Shown: positions 1 to 12,644 of the stretch, in pieces
Position numbering within the stretch: the first letter of the stretch is position 1
Layout: each line of letters starts with the position of its first letter
Position numbers and translations under genes: made by a program
Source of the DNA: an uncultured Nitrososphaerales archaeon
GTDB lineage: Archaea; Thermoproteota; Nitrososphaeria; Nitrososphaerales; Nitrososphaeraceae
NCBI GenBank assembly: GCA_963713605.1
Contig: CAVQMO010000010.1
Location: 736,001-800,000 of the forward strand
Direction: 5' to 3'
Length of the DNA: 64,000 nucleotides
Notes under the pieces: model-generated
Seen by the model: only the letters and a program-made list of their open reading frames with translations
Databases searched by the model: none
What the model was told of the DNA's origin: nothing

Positions 1-273
1 GGGGGAACATTGGTTGGACTTTCAATACCAATGTTTAACATGATCAACCTATTGACCATACGCGATCCGCTAGAAATGGCATTCAAGTATCCTAGGCCAA
101 CACTGCCTCCATACATGACACCAATCGAACCACAGGTCGGTAAATTCTATAATAGTCCAGTGGCCTTAGGAGCTGGCGCGGGAGCCGTGCTATCTGTGCC
201 AATAGCGGCTTTGGGTGCAAAACTCAATACGTGGACTTACAGATGGATGGCCGCTTGGAGTAAGTGGGACTAA
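1..273 (+). CDS. amoA: Archaeal ammonia monooxygenase subunit A, C-terminal part (truncated by the window start)
   Basis: Frame 1 is open from base 1. It ends in the archaeal AmoA signature DPLEMAFKYPRPTLPPYMTPIEPQVGKFYNSPVALGAGAGAVL...KLNTWTYRWMAAWSKWD. Confidence 0.97.
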   Translation, partial: GGTLVGLSIPMFNMINLLTIRDPLEMAFKYPRPTLPPYMTPIEPQVGKFYNSPVALGAGAGAVLSVPIAALGAKLNTWTYRWMAAWSKWD

Positions 274-290
274 GCCAAATTCAGCCAATC

Positions 291-312
291 CTTTTATTTT
301 TTCTTTTTCGTT
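291..312 (+). terminator. Putative oligo-T archaeal terminator of amoA
   Basis: The pyrimidine run cttttattttttctttttcgtt begins about 18 bp after the amoA stop. Confidence 0.5.
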
Positions 313-425
313 TAAGTAAGATTCACTTATTTTCTCAAATTGCTTCGAACATTCGTAGTTAGTTATAGTCACAATCCAATGCGTGTTGATCAGAAATGGG
401 TGAAATTAGGAATCAGGCACCGTGC

Positions 426-3429
<3,004 letters not shown>

Positions 3430-3488
3430 TATTATTGCTTCTAATTTGCCAGCTTTTATTAGTTTACAATTTTATTTCGTATCAAAAT

Positions 3489-3632
3489 TCATCCGCCACC
3501 AGTCGCAGCATCATAAAGGCAACATTCACATTTATCCCGTTCACCACAATATGGACAAACACACAAGCATGCTTCAATAGCATTACCGCAAATGTCGCAT
3601 GGTGGAGGATCCACCTTGGTCTCATCAACCAT
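3489..3632 (-). CDS. 47-aa cysteine-rich small protein (putative metal-binding, metallothionein-like)
   Basis: Manual translation: MVDETKVDPPPCDICGNAIEACLCVCPYCGERDKCECCLYDAATGGG. It has an ATG start and 9 Cys, lies co-oriented just upstream of the oxidoreductase alpha gene, and is below the ORF-track cutoff. Confidence 0.8.
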   Translation of the reverse strand: MVDETKVDPPPCDICGNAIEACLCVCPYCGERDKCECCLYDAATGGG

Positions 3633-3764
3633 CTCTTAAAATATTCAGTTTGTGACTTATTATACTTTTAATAACAATTCGAATATTGTTCTAAAAGGGC
3701 AATCAATCTCCAATCGATACTCGACACTAATCTCTAAATAACTGTTTGAGGTACACTTCTGTAA

Positions 3765-4737
3765 ATGACGATATCTCTTGTCCCATCCGAAATTGTTGAG
3801 CAGAGAAATATTCAAAGTCGTGGTACTGGTTCTCATTCGCCATTTACTACAGGGACAACCTTGGTCAAGAGAGGATTCGCGCACATGCAGAAACACGGAG
3901 TCATCATGGATGTAACCAATATTGAGCAAGCGCAAATTGCGGAAGAAGCAGGAGCAGTCGCCGTAATGGTGCTCGATAAACTCCCATTCGATGTCCGGTT
4001 GGCTGGTGGTGTAGCAAGGACTGCTAGTGTGAAGGTTGTCCAAGAGATAATGGACGCAGTTACAATCCCTATCATGGCCAAGTGTAGGATTGGTCATCTT
4101 GGAGAGGCTCAAATTTTAGAAGAGATAGGTGTTGATATGATTGACGAAAGCGAAGTACTTACCCCAGCTGATGAAGAAAACCATCTTTGGAAATGGAATT
4201 TCAAAATACCATTTGTAAATGGCGCCAAGAATCTCGGTGAAGCCCTTCGCAGAATAGAAGAGGGATGTTCTATGATAAGAACCAAAGGTGAACCTGGGAC
4301 CGGCAATGTAGCCGAAGCAGTGTCACATATTAAAGCAGTCAACAATGATATACGAAGGCTTAATTCGATACTAGATGATCCGCAGGAACTCATAAAGGCG
4401 TCTAGACATTTACAATCGGCTCTACCTTTAGTTGAAGAGACAGCTGAGGCTAGGAAAGTTACCCGTTGTAAATTTTGCGGCAGGAGGAATATCCACACCA
4501 GCTGACGCCGCACTTCTGATGAGTCTTGGCTGTGACGGCGTGTTTGTGGGTTCTGGAATTTTCAAGTCAGACGATGCCTCACAACGAGCTCAGGCGATAG
4601 TCCTCGCTACCACATACTTTGATGACCCTGCCACCGTGCTTGAATCACAGAGAATGGTTGACGAAAAGAAGTCTATGTTGGGGCTTGATACGCAAAACTT
4701 AGCTTTGAGGATGCAGGAAAGAGGACCATCCGTATGA
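3765..4737 (+). CDS. pdxS: Pyridoxal 5'-phosphate synthase, synthase subunit (frameshift near 4445)
   Basis: [30 protein letters not shown] and [11 protein letters not shown] in the first frame, then [21 protein letters not shown] and [11 protein letters not shown] in the second. Confidence 0.95.
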
Positions 4738-5408
4738 GTCGAGATGGGCTTATCATAGGAGTACGAGGAATTCAAGGAGATGTCGAAGAGAACGTTTCCC
4801 AGACTAGGAACGCTTTTAGTTATCTTGGAAAGAAGGGTAACGTGAGAATTGTTCGACACTCTAAAGACATTTCTGGAATTAGTGGTTTAATTTTACCTGG
4901 TGGAGAAAGCACTGTAGTCAGCAACTTCGTCACCGTTAATGGGGAACTTTTTCGTAAGATTGCCAATGTGGTATCCAGAGGGATGCCAGTATTGGGAACT
5001 TGTGCAGGTATGATTATCCTATCCACCAGAGCTCATGACAGGATAATTGGACAAACTAAACAAAAGTTACTATCTTTGTTGAACATAGTAGTAGAAAGAA
5101 ACGCATTCGGAAGACAAAGGGATTCCTTTGAGGCAGATATGGAAATCCCTATGATGGGAAAAAGGCCTTTCAAAGGCATATTTATACGAGCTCCAATTGT
5201 CTCGAAGGCAGAGGAGGGCGTTCAAGTTATTGCAAAGCTAGAGGACAAGGTTGTAGCGGTAAAGCAAGACAATATAGTTGCCACAGCTTTTCATCCTGAA
5301 CTTGGCTCTGACAATAGATTTCACCTACACTTAATCAAGTCTGCTACCGAATTCAGGGATCACACCAATTTGATGCGGGGGGTGGGATTCGAACCCACGA
5401 ACCCCTGA
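4734..5408 (+). CDS. pdxT: Pyridoxal 5'-phosphate synthase, glutaminase subunit
   Basis: Motifs [40 protein letters not shown] and FHPEL. ATGA overlap with pdxS. Confidence 0.95.
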   Translation: MSRDGLIIGVRGIQGDVEENVSQTRNAFSYLGKKGNVRIVRHSKDISGISGLILPGGESTVVSNFVTVNGELFRKIANVVSRGMPVLGTCAGMIILSTRAHDRIIGQTKQKLLSLLNIVVERNAFGRQRDSFEADMEIPMMGKRPFKGIFIRAPIVSKAEEGVQVIAKLEDKVVAVKQDNIVATAFHPELGSDNRFHLHLIKSATEFRDHTNLMRGVGFEPTNP

Positions 5409-5493
5409 GAGACGGGATCACCTATAACTGTGATCTTAAGTCCCGCGTCTCCAAGCATACGATTACAATTTGGCCAGGCTCTACAACCCCCGC
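5374..5493 (-). tRNA. tRNA-Leu(TAA) with two introns
   Basis: Reverse complement: GCGGGGGTTGTAGAGCCTGGCCAAAT[19 nt]ACGCGGGACTTAAG[16 nt]ATCCCGTCTCTCAGGGGTTCGTGGGTTCGAATCCCACCCCCCGCA. A full cloverleaf with a long variable arm forms once both inserts are removed. Confidence 0.9.
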
Positions 5494-5538
5494 TGTTGCT
5501 TCATTGGACGAATCGATTAGTCCTTACTTAAATCTTAC

Positions 5539-5582
5539 AGGAGGGGACAGCGTGTAGGAGGGACAGCGTGTAGGAGGGGACA
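5539..5582. repeat. Short tandem repeat (about 2.6 copies of AGGAGGGGACAGCGTGT)
   Basis: aggaggggacagcgtgt, then aggagggacagcgtgt, then aggaggggaca, directly upstream of tRNA-Leu. Confidence 0.85.
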
Positions 5583-5810
5583 ACCGAATAATCGAGGTTT
5601 GTTTTCCAGATCCTCAAGAATTCTCTGCCGTCAGACCCATTTCATGGAAATCGAGAATCAAACTAAAAAACATTAAGATACTAAAAAGATTTAGATTTTA
5701 GTGGGCTGGACCTTCAGGTGAAAAAGCGGGCCTGCATAAAAAGAGTGCAGTTAAGCTTATGTAGGTGGCCGTAGCGAATGTAACTTCCTGCCTTGTAGGG
5801 TGTTGTTAGT

Positions 5811-5884
5811 GCCTTGATAGCTCAGCCTGGTAGAGCGTTGCCTTGGTAAGGCAAAGGTCCGGGGTCCAAATCCCCGTCAAGGCT
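5811..5884 (+). tRNA. tRNA-Thr(GGT)
   Basis: GCCTTGA-TA-GCTC-AGCCTGGTA-GAGC-G-TTGCC-TTGGTAA-GGCAA-AGGTC-CGGGG-TCCAAAT-CCCCG-TCAAGGC-T. All four stems pair. Confidence 0.95.
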
Positions 5885-6166
5885 TACCTTCATTCCCAAA
5901 ATGTTCAGAAAGAATTGGCTTATGATGTGTTTACTCGGCATTCAAATGACGTTTAAGGCCGTCCGTTCAAAATGAGAATTAGCTTCTGAACTAAATATTT
6001 GGCAGTTTCAAGTCAAGAGAAGATCCGTATATATCAATTAGTAGATGTTGCTGAGCCAATTCAAATACCAATAATACCTGATTCATATTTGAGAGAAATC
6101 GGAAACGGTGGTGCATGAATGCAGGAATATTAGAAAAAATAGTCTATTAACCCATTTTCATTACCA

Positions 6167-6421
6167 TCATACTGCTTCTGAGAATACTTGCTCTACTGTT
6201 TGTGACACTGCATCCTAATCTCCTTGAATGAAATGCAGCCAAAATTCTTTGGCAAGAATCCATTGGTCACAGTCATTTGCTTGTGAAAATTGAATGGCTC
6301 TTCGAACTCTCTGTGTCTGTGTCAGCTTGCAAATGCGCTTTCAGTTGTTGCGGTGGATGTTGCTCCAATGAACATGTTTGCCATCGCCGCCATTAAGACC
6401 AAATATTTGGTATTTATTCTG
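6167..6421 (-). pseudogene. Decayed gene for a small secreted protein
   Basis: The minus strand gives a signal peptide INTKYLVLMAAMANMFIGATSTATTESAFA, then a stop and fragments in shifting frames: SQANDC, NGFLPKNFGC and IQGD*DAVSQTVEQVF. Boundaries are approximate. Confidence 0.55.
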
Positions 6422-6530
6422 TACCGAGAAGAATGGTTCGTTTATTTGCATTAAGCAAATTCAGATACGGGTCATAATTCTAAATTATATTAGACTCCGA
6501 ATAATGAAAATCATCTATATTCCAGAACGG

Positions 6531-6728
6531 TTATTCCTGAGGTAAACCCGCTTGCTTTCGAAGATAATCCAGTAATTCTTTGTTGTCATCGTGATGTTCT
6601 ATCCGTAAATAATGTTTCATTCCATTCAGTAAATCATTACTTTTAGAATGTTGAACCGAATTGTCTTGCTGTTGGCTTTTATCATGTCGTGAAGTGTTGC
6701 ATTGATCACTATATAGACTACAATGCAC
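6531..6728 (-). CDS. Hypothetical small protein
   Basis: 65-aa ORF with an AT-rich TATA-like element upstream and no recognised motif. Confidence 0.35.
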   Translation of the reverse strand: MHCSLYSDQCNTSRHDKSQQQDNSVQHSKSNDLLNGMKHYLRIEHHDDNKELLDYLRKQAGLPQE

Positions 6729-7381
6729 GTAATTTGTGAGCTATTATAAGGATATTTATTACTAGATTTGGCTAAAATATTTTCGACCTATTTTACCGTT
6801 TTTGATCTATATATACTACTCGTATACATATCAATATGAATATACCCGCCGCTCGGCTTGCTACTCAAAGGAATCTAAACTTTAGTACTATTTGCTATTC
6901 TTAGGACTATACGACTATTCAATCTTGCGTCGTTATATGATATTCATTTCATAATCATCTTTAAGAATATCTTTGCCTTCTATCAATGGATTTTTAGAAT
7001 CCATCTACCTTATTTATGGTAGCTCATAATAACTCCAATCATCGATTCTTGCGATTTTTTTTGCCGATCGTTATAAACGGGCGCAACTGGCCAATAAATC
7101 AATGCTCAATTTTAGGCTTAGGATTTCTAATTGCCTCGACAGGATCCGTGACCCTGCGTCGAGCACATGAACGTTCGTCATTTACTTAGCCCTGTCATAT
7201 TACGATCAGGGATGATCCTATTGAACCCATCTGCAAATGTCATGCTTGGTTAGTCACACCCACTCCTGTAAAAGCCCTATTTAAATTCATGAGATGAATA
7301 TTCGTTAAATTATTAACATATGCAGGAAGGCCTACATTATGCTCGTTACCACTTGTGATGATAAAGACAGAAATTTAAGGG

Positions 7382-7633
7382 CTAGCCACTAGGTATTTTC
7401 TTTACGATCATGTTCTCATGTACTGTGATGACTGTTTCACGTTGTCGCAATTTGGCCTTATACTTCAAATTTCTGGGTTTAGTTCTTAACCTATATCCGC
7501 AGCATGGGCACCATAATCCTTCCCATTTCAAAAATATCTCACATATCTGGCATCTTTTTTGGCCATTAGCGTATCTTCCCATTCCCACTGGTTTCTGAGC
7601 TTTATGCCTAGAACATATTCCTTTACACGTCAT
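7382..7633 (-). CDS. Small basic zinc-finger protein of the type common in Nitrososphaerota
   Basis: MTCKGIC...RYANGQKRCQICEIFLKWEGLWCPCCGYRLRTKPR has three Cys pairs. The start is placed at MTCK. Confidence 0.85.
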   Translation of the reverse strand: MTCKGICSRHKAQKPVGMGRYANGQKRCQICEIFLKWEGLWCPCCGYRLRTKPRNLKYKAKLRQRETVITVHENMIVKKIPSG

Positions 7634-8047
7634 ACATTTTAGCCTTGTCAATTCATGATAAAAAATACGCTTATTAATCTTTCTCAACATCAATGCATAA
7701 AATCATAATCAAATGTTTTCTAATTTAGAGGAACGTATGTAGTAAGTAACATATTTTGGAGAATGAGTATGCAGTTGCACGCTTGCCTGAAAACTACTAG
7801 AACCAAATCGCTATAAACGCCCTTTTGTCGTCAAAAAGTACCCTTACTAATGTCCGTGGTTTCGCATAATTTAGGGGGGGTCTTCTAGTACATGATTAAA
7901 GGAAGAAAGCAAGAATTTATCGATATGTGCAGGATCAATTTGGCGCAATTCTGGATGCCAAATAGAGCATAAATACAAGTCGTTTGCCTTCATATCATCG
8001 GGATATGATAAGATTGAAAGCTTCAAATGCTATACATCGAATCATGA

Positions 8048-10368
8048 TCATCTATTTCTAATTATGTTAAGTGCAGAACCCATCTTGAACCATTCTATTT
8101 GAGCCTCATTGTAAGAATGCTGAAGCCAGATTGTCTCTTCCCCTTGATTACCATGATGTAGTATACACTCTAGAGGTTTGCCGGGTTCTAATCGACTTAA
8201 CCCATGTATACTCACCCTATCATCTTCACGTACCTTTTCAAAGTCTGATTTGTTGGCAAAAGTAGTCTGCAAGGACACCCTGCTTCTTCAAGTTAGTTTC
8301 ATGAATTCTTGCAAAAGTTCGAGCGATTACCGCAACACAGCCTAAATACCTTGGAGACATGCGGCATGCTCTCTACTACTACCCTCTCCGTAGTTCATAT
8401 CACCTATTATGATCCATTTTATTCCCCTGTTCCTGTACGTTCTAGCAATTTCTGGAAAGGTAGCAATCTGATTGTTGGACACGTTCTTTCCAACGCCAAT
8501 TTTTCCATTAAAGGAATTCACTGCGCCTAGGAGCAGATTATCACTTATTTTATCAAGATGCCCTCGATACATGAGCCATGCTCCTGCAGGAGAGATATGA
8601 TCGGTAGTACATTTCCCGGCTACTTTGGCCAGTATTACAAGGTGTTCAAAATCCCTCCCATCCCAGGCTGGGAAGGGTTCAAGTAATTGGAGTCTATCAC
8701 TATCCTTTCTGATAACCACGCTGATGTTTTCCGGATCTCTAGACTGGTGCTACATATGTATCTGCCACGTCCGCGAATCCTAGATTGGGAATCTCTGGCG
8801 CAACCTTGGGAGGTTCAAGCTTAAACAAGCTTCCATCGCTAGCTACTAATTTATCATTGAGGGGATTAAATGATAACCTGCCACCCAGAGCTAACGCAAT
8901 GACCATCTCTGGACTGGTGATGAAATTCATAGTCTCACGTCTACCATCATTTCTACCTGGAAAGTTACGATTGTACGATGTGACGATAGAATTAGGCACG
9001 CCAGTTTTCAATTCCGATCTCTGCCATTGACCGATACATGGTCCACACGCATTAGCAAGGACATTAGCTCCAATTCTCTTAAGCAGATCCATCTGTCCGT
9101 CTCGTTCAATTGTTGATCTAATCATTTCAGAGCCAGGCGTGACCTGCAAAGGTATCTTTGATTTCAATCCGCGCGCATTGGCCTGTTCTGCAACATCGGC
9201 CGCGCGTGACATATCTTCATACGATGAATTGGTGCAACTACCTATTAATGCAACTGATATTTCGTCTACATATGCATTTCTTCTTACGTCAGAGGCCATG
9301 TTTGAGACGGGACGAGCAAGATCTGGTGTATGAGGACCTACAATATATGGTTCTAATTCGGAAAGGTTCAACTCTATTAATTGATCAAAGTACTTTGAGC
9401 TATTTTTTCGGTTTCGTAGTATATCCCTCTCTATTTCTGGATCTTGTTGTAGTATGCTAAAATGTTGGTTCGCGAGCTCAGCTATTTCACTCCTTCCTGT
9501 AGCTGCCAGATATTCACCCATCTTTCTGTCGTAAGGAAAAATTGAAGTTGTAGCACCAATCTCAGCTCCCATGTTAGTAATGGTTGCCTTACCTGTGGCA
9601 GCTGAGGGTCGTGCAACCTGGACCAAAATATTCAATTATCGCGTTCGTGCCCCCAGATACAGTCAAGATTGAGGCTACATGTAAGATAATATCTTTAGGA
9701 GATGTCCATCCACCAAGCGCTCCAGTGAGAAGTACTCCAATTCGCTTGGGGTACAACAATTCCCAAGGTAGTCCTGCCATTACTTCGGCCGCATCCAAAC
9801 CTCCAACACCTATAGCCAGCATACCAAGACCACCTGCATTAGGTGTGTGTGAGTCGGTACCAATCATTAGGCCACCAGGAAAGGCATAGTTCTCTAGGAC
9901 AACTTGATGAATAATACCTGCGCCAGGCTTCCAGAACCCTATTCCGTATTTTTTGCTTGCAGATTCTAAAAACTGGTAGACTTCACTATTTTCGTAAAGT
10001 GCTTCGCGTGTGTCTTGCTGACCTTCTGCCCTCGCCTGGATCAGGTGATCACAGTGCACGGTAGTGGGTACCTGCGTATGTTGCAACCCAGTCTGCATAA
10101 ATTGGAGCAGTGTCATTTGTCCAGTTACATCTTGGAGCGCTACCCTGTCCGGACTTAATGACACGTAACTCTTACCCCTCGCTAAATTATTTTCTAGATC
10201 GGGCATAACTTGATGATCCAAATGACCAACGAGTACTTTTTCACTCAAAGTAAGGGGTCTATTTGTTAATGTCTGAAATCTTGATATATTATTCTGAAAT
10301 CTCCAGTAAAACTCTGCAATAACACGGGACGTCGATTGTATGTCGATCGAATCATTTTGCTCGGTCAT
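8048..10368 (-). CDS. Aconitate hydratase (mitochondrial-like type), split into four ORFs by apparent indels
   Basis: Colinear motifs [73 protein letters not shown] and WFKMGSALN. Confidence 0.93.
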
Positions 10369-10842
10369 ATACTATCTAAACATTTAGGCAATATATACAT
10401 GGTTTAGATTATCAAGGGATTCGCTGTATCCGTAAAACATGAAATTATTTTAACCAAATATTTCCTTTAGTGTGGCCAAATGTCATGATGCGAATGAAAA
10501 TTCTCTCTGTGAGGAGATTAGTATTGATCTGACCAACGTCGATTGTCAGCATATGTGCAAAGGGAATTGAGTACTACACATAACCATATGACAATCAATT
10601 GTTTAATGTGAATTCGTTAACATTGGCGATTTTTTTGAATGCAAGAACAATACTTTTTAATCGTTTTTGTTTAACCACGTGGAAATATATTCGCTCTTAT
10701 AACTTGTAGTGATATCGAAATGAAATATATCAGATGTAATACGTATTTAAAATGTAATGTAGTTAATTTTGTTGACGCAGGGTAATTGGTGACAGAAAAA
10801 TCAAGAGCGGTATAAACTACTCAGCGATAACTCTAAACAATA

Positions 10843-11169
10843 CTAGTTTTGAAGCTCATCGGCACCCTTCCGTACTACCTCTTCAAAATTAACTAATGGG
10901 ACTATTTTGGATGAATTAAACTTGGCAGAGCCTATATCAATTAAGAATTTCTCCAGTTGATGAGCGCTCTCTGCGTCGACGATCCAAATAAACGTGTGCT
11001 CCAATGCTGAGTGATATCTACCAATCATCTTGTTTATTCCATATTTAGATTGGTTATTTGTTGCATTTGCGCTCTTGTCTGCCATTTGGACCATAGTCCT
11101 AGCACTTGTTTTGTTGTTTAAAGGACACAGATCTACGGTGTGTGTGCCGAAAATTCCAAATAATGCCAT
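10843..11169 (-). CDS. Hypothetical protein
   Basis: MALFGIFGTHTVDLCPLNN...YHSALEHTFIWIVDAESAH. The start is placed at the internal ATG, downstream of a TATA-like element. Confidence 0.7.
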   Translation of the reverse strand: MALFGIFGTHTVDLCPLNNKTSARTMVQMADKSANATNNQSKYGINKMIGRYHSALEHTFIWIVDAESAHQLEKFLIDIGSAKFNSSKIVPLVNFEEVVRKGADELQN

Positions 11170-11558
11170 GCAACTTGGTTTCATGAAAAGTATATAGCCT
11201 TTATGTTTTTTGGACTCTTCTTGGTTGTTCAATTTCGATAGACAGGCACAAATCCATTTACTCAGTTTTTCAAGTCTGAGTAGGGCCCATCATTGTAGGT
11301 CCCTACCTCGTTGGACGTCGAAGGAGGGCCTCTTGTTGCATCAAGTTTCATCCTTAAAGTAATGCTCTCAAAATACCCAATCTACAACAAGAATATTTAT
11401 CCACCTGGCTTCGGACTATTCATTATCCCTTCTAGGCATAGTAATAGTTGTTATTTTGATATTCTAATTGTCGGGTATTTTTGTGTCATGGTTTTCTTGA
11501 ACCTAGATATCTCGCTAAATAACGGTTGTCAAGAATTGATTCATGGCGAAAGGGTTAA

Positions 11559-11747
11559 TTGAGATCGATCCCTTTCAGGATGCTGCGAATGGTAAAGAGG
11601 AAGCAGGCCATAGGAATCTTGGGGATGGCCTTTGCGGTTGCAGGCGGAATTGCCTGGTTTTTCAGACAGACCTTTGTAGCAGTAATGCTATGGGGTGTTG
11701 CTGGGTTGATCCTACTTAAGTTGAACAAAAGAAAGAAGAACGTTTGA
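11559..11747 (+). CDS. Small membrane protein (two predicted TM helices)
   Basis: Two hydrophobic stretches flanked by basic residues (KRKQ...KLNKRKK). Confidence 0.6.
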   Translation: MRSIPFRMLRMVKRKQAIGILGMAFAVAGGIAWFFRQTFVAVMLWGVAGLILLKLNKRKKNV

Positions 11748-12197
11748 CAAATAGTTATTCCTAGAACAGTAATCATAATTACTATATGATGAAACGTCTT
11801 ATGAAAAGGGAAACAAGTATAGTAAACTCAAGTGATATCTTCAAGTAATAATGATTACGATCTGAGGAAGCAAGATGGACCAAAATGCTACTGCATAGCA
11901 AAGGCTCTTTTATCACAGTAGGAAGTGAATGTCTCTTTCGTTTTAACCTTCTATGGTGAGTTCCTTATGACCCAAACATTGGTTAAGGAGGTTAGGAACC
12001 GAGAACCCAAAATAGCGCTACTATGACAAATAAAAAGAACAAATCAACATAAAGGTCATAGGCGAATATTTTTGCATAGACTTTTGTAAGATGCTTTTGG
12101 TATGATCTCGATAAGCATCAAAGATATGAGTTTCGAGTATTCTACATTAATCAGCACTTGATTCCACTAGAATAACAGCCCATCGAGCAACTACTAA

Positions 12198-12356
12198 CTA
12201 AATAGCTCCCGTTCTACCGCCTTCTGATGATCCCGCTGAACCAGCTGTTAATTTTCTCTCTTCAGCCTTACGTTTACCCCTTGAACCGAATAGTATTCCC
12301 GTCAGGACAGCGAACGCGCCAGCAGCGATGCCATACATAAATATTTCATCTGTCAT
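12198..12356 (-). CDS. 52-aa single-pass membrane protein
   Basis: Manual translation: MTDEIFMYGIAAGAFAVLTGILFGSRGKRKAEERKLTAGSAGSSEGGRTGAI, a TM helix followed by a basic cluster. Confidence 0.65.
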   Translation of the reverse strand: MTDEIFMYGIAAGAFAVLTGILFGSRGKRKAEERKLTAGSAGSSEGGRTGAI

Positions 12357-12644
12357 TTTTTCACTGTCGAATATGCCTAGTTGAAAATAAATCTATATCT
12401 TGATTCATTTCATGAAAAAGAATTAATGATAACTTAACAGAGAATAGATAATAACATAAGTTATACGATGCATGTTAATCAGAATTGCTAATTATTCTTC
12501 AATAATCGAGAAGCAATATGAAGTCATTTACACATGATACATACATATCGGTAAAGTTAGCAGAACACCGACGTGACAAGTATAAAAGTCGTTCACGCAT
12601 TATGATTTAATCCAAATGAACACTAGAGAGGGCTATTTCAGTTC

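Noticed and set aside
5811..7400. Integrated element at tRNA-Thr
   Set aside because: No integrase and no duplicated tRNA 3' end (att site) found by eye.
10472..10570. 32-aa four-Cys ORF (MAKCHDANENSLCEE...CQHMCKGN)
   Set aside because: Too short, GTG start and no recognisable pattern; it cannot be distinguished from chance.
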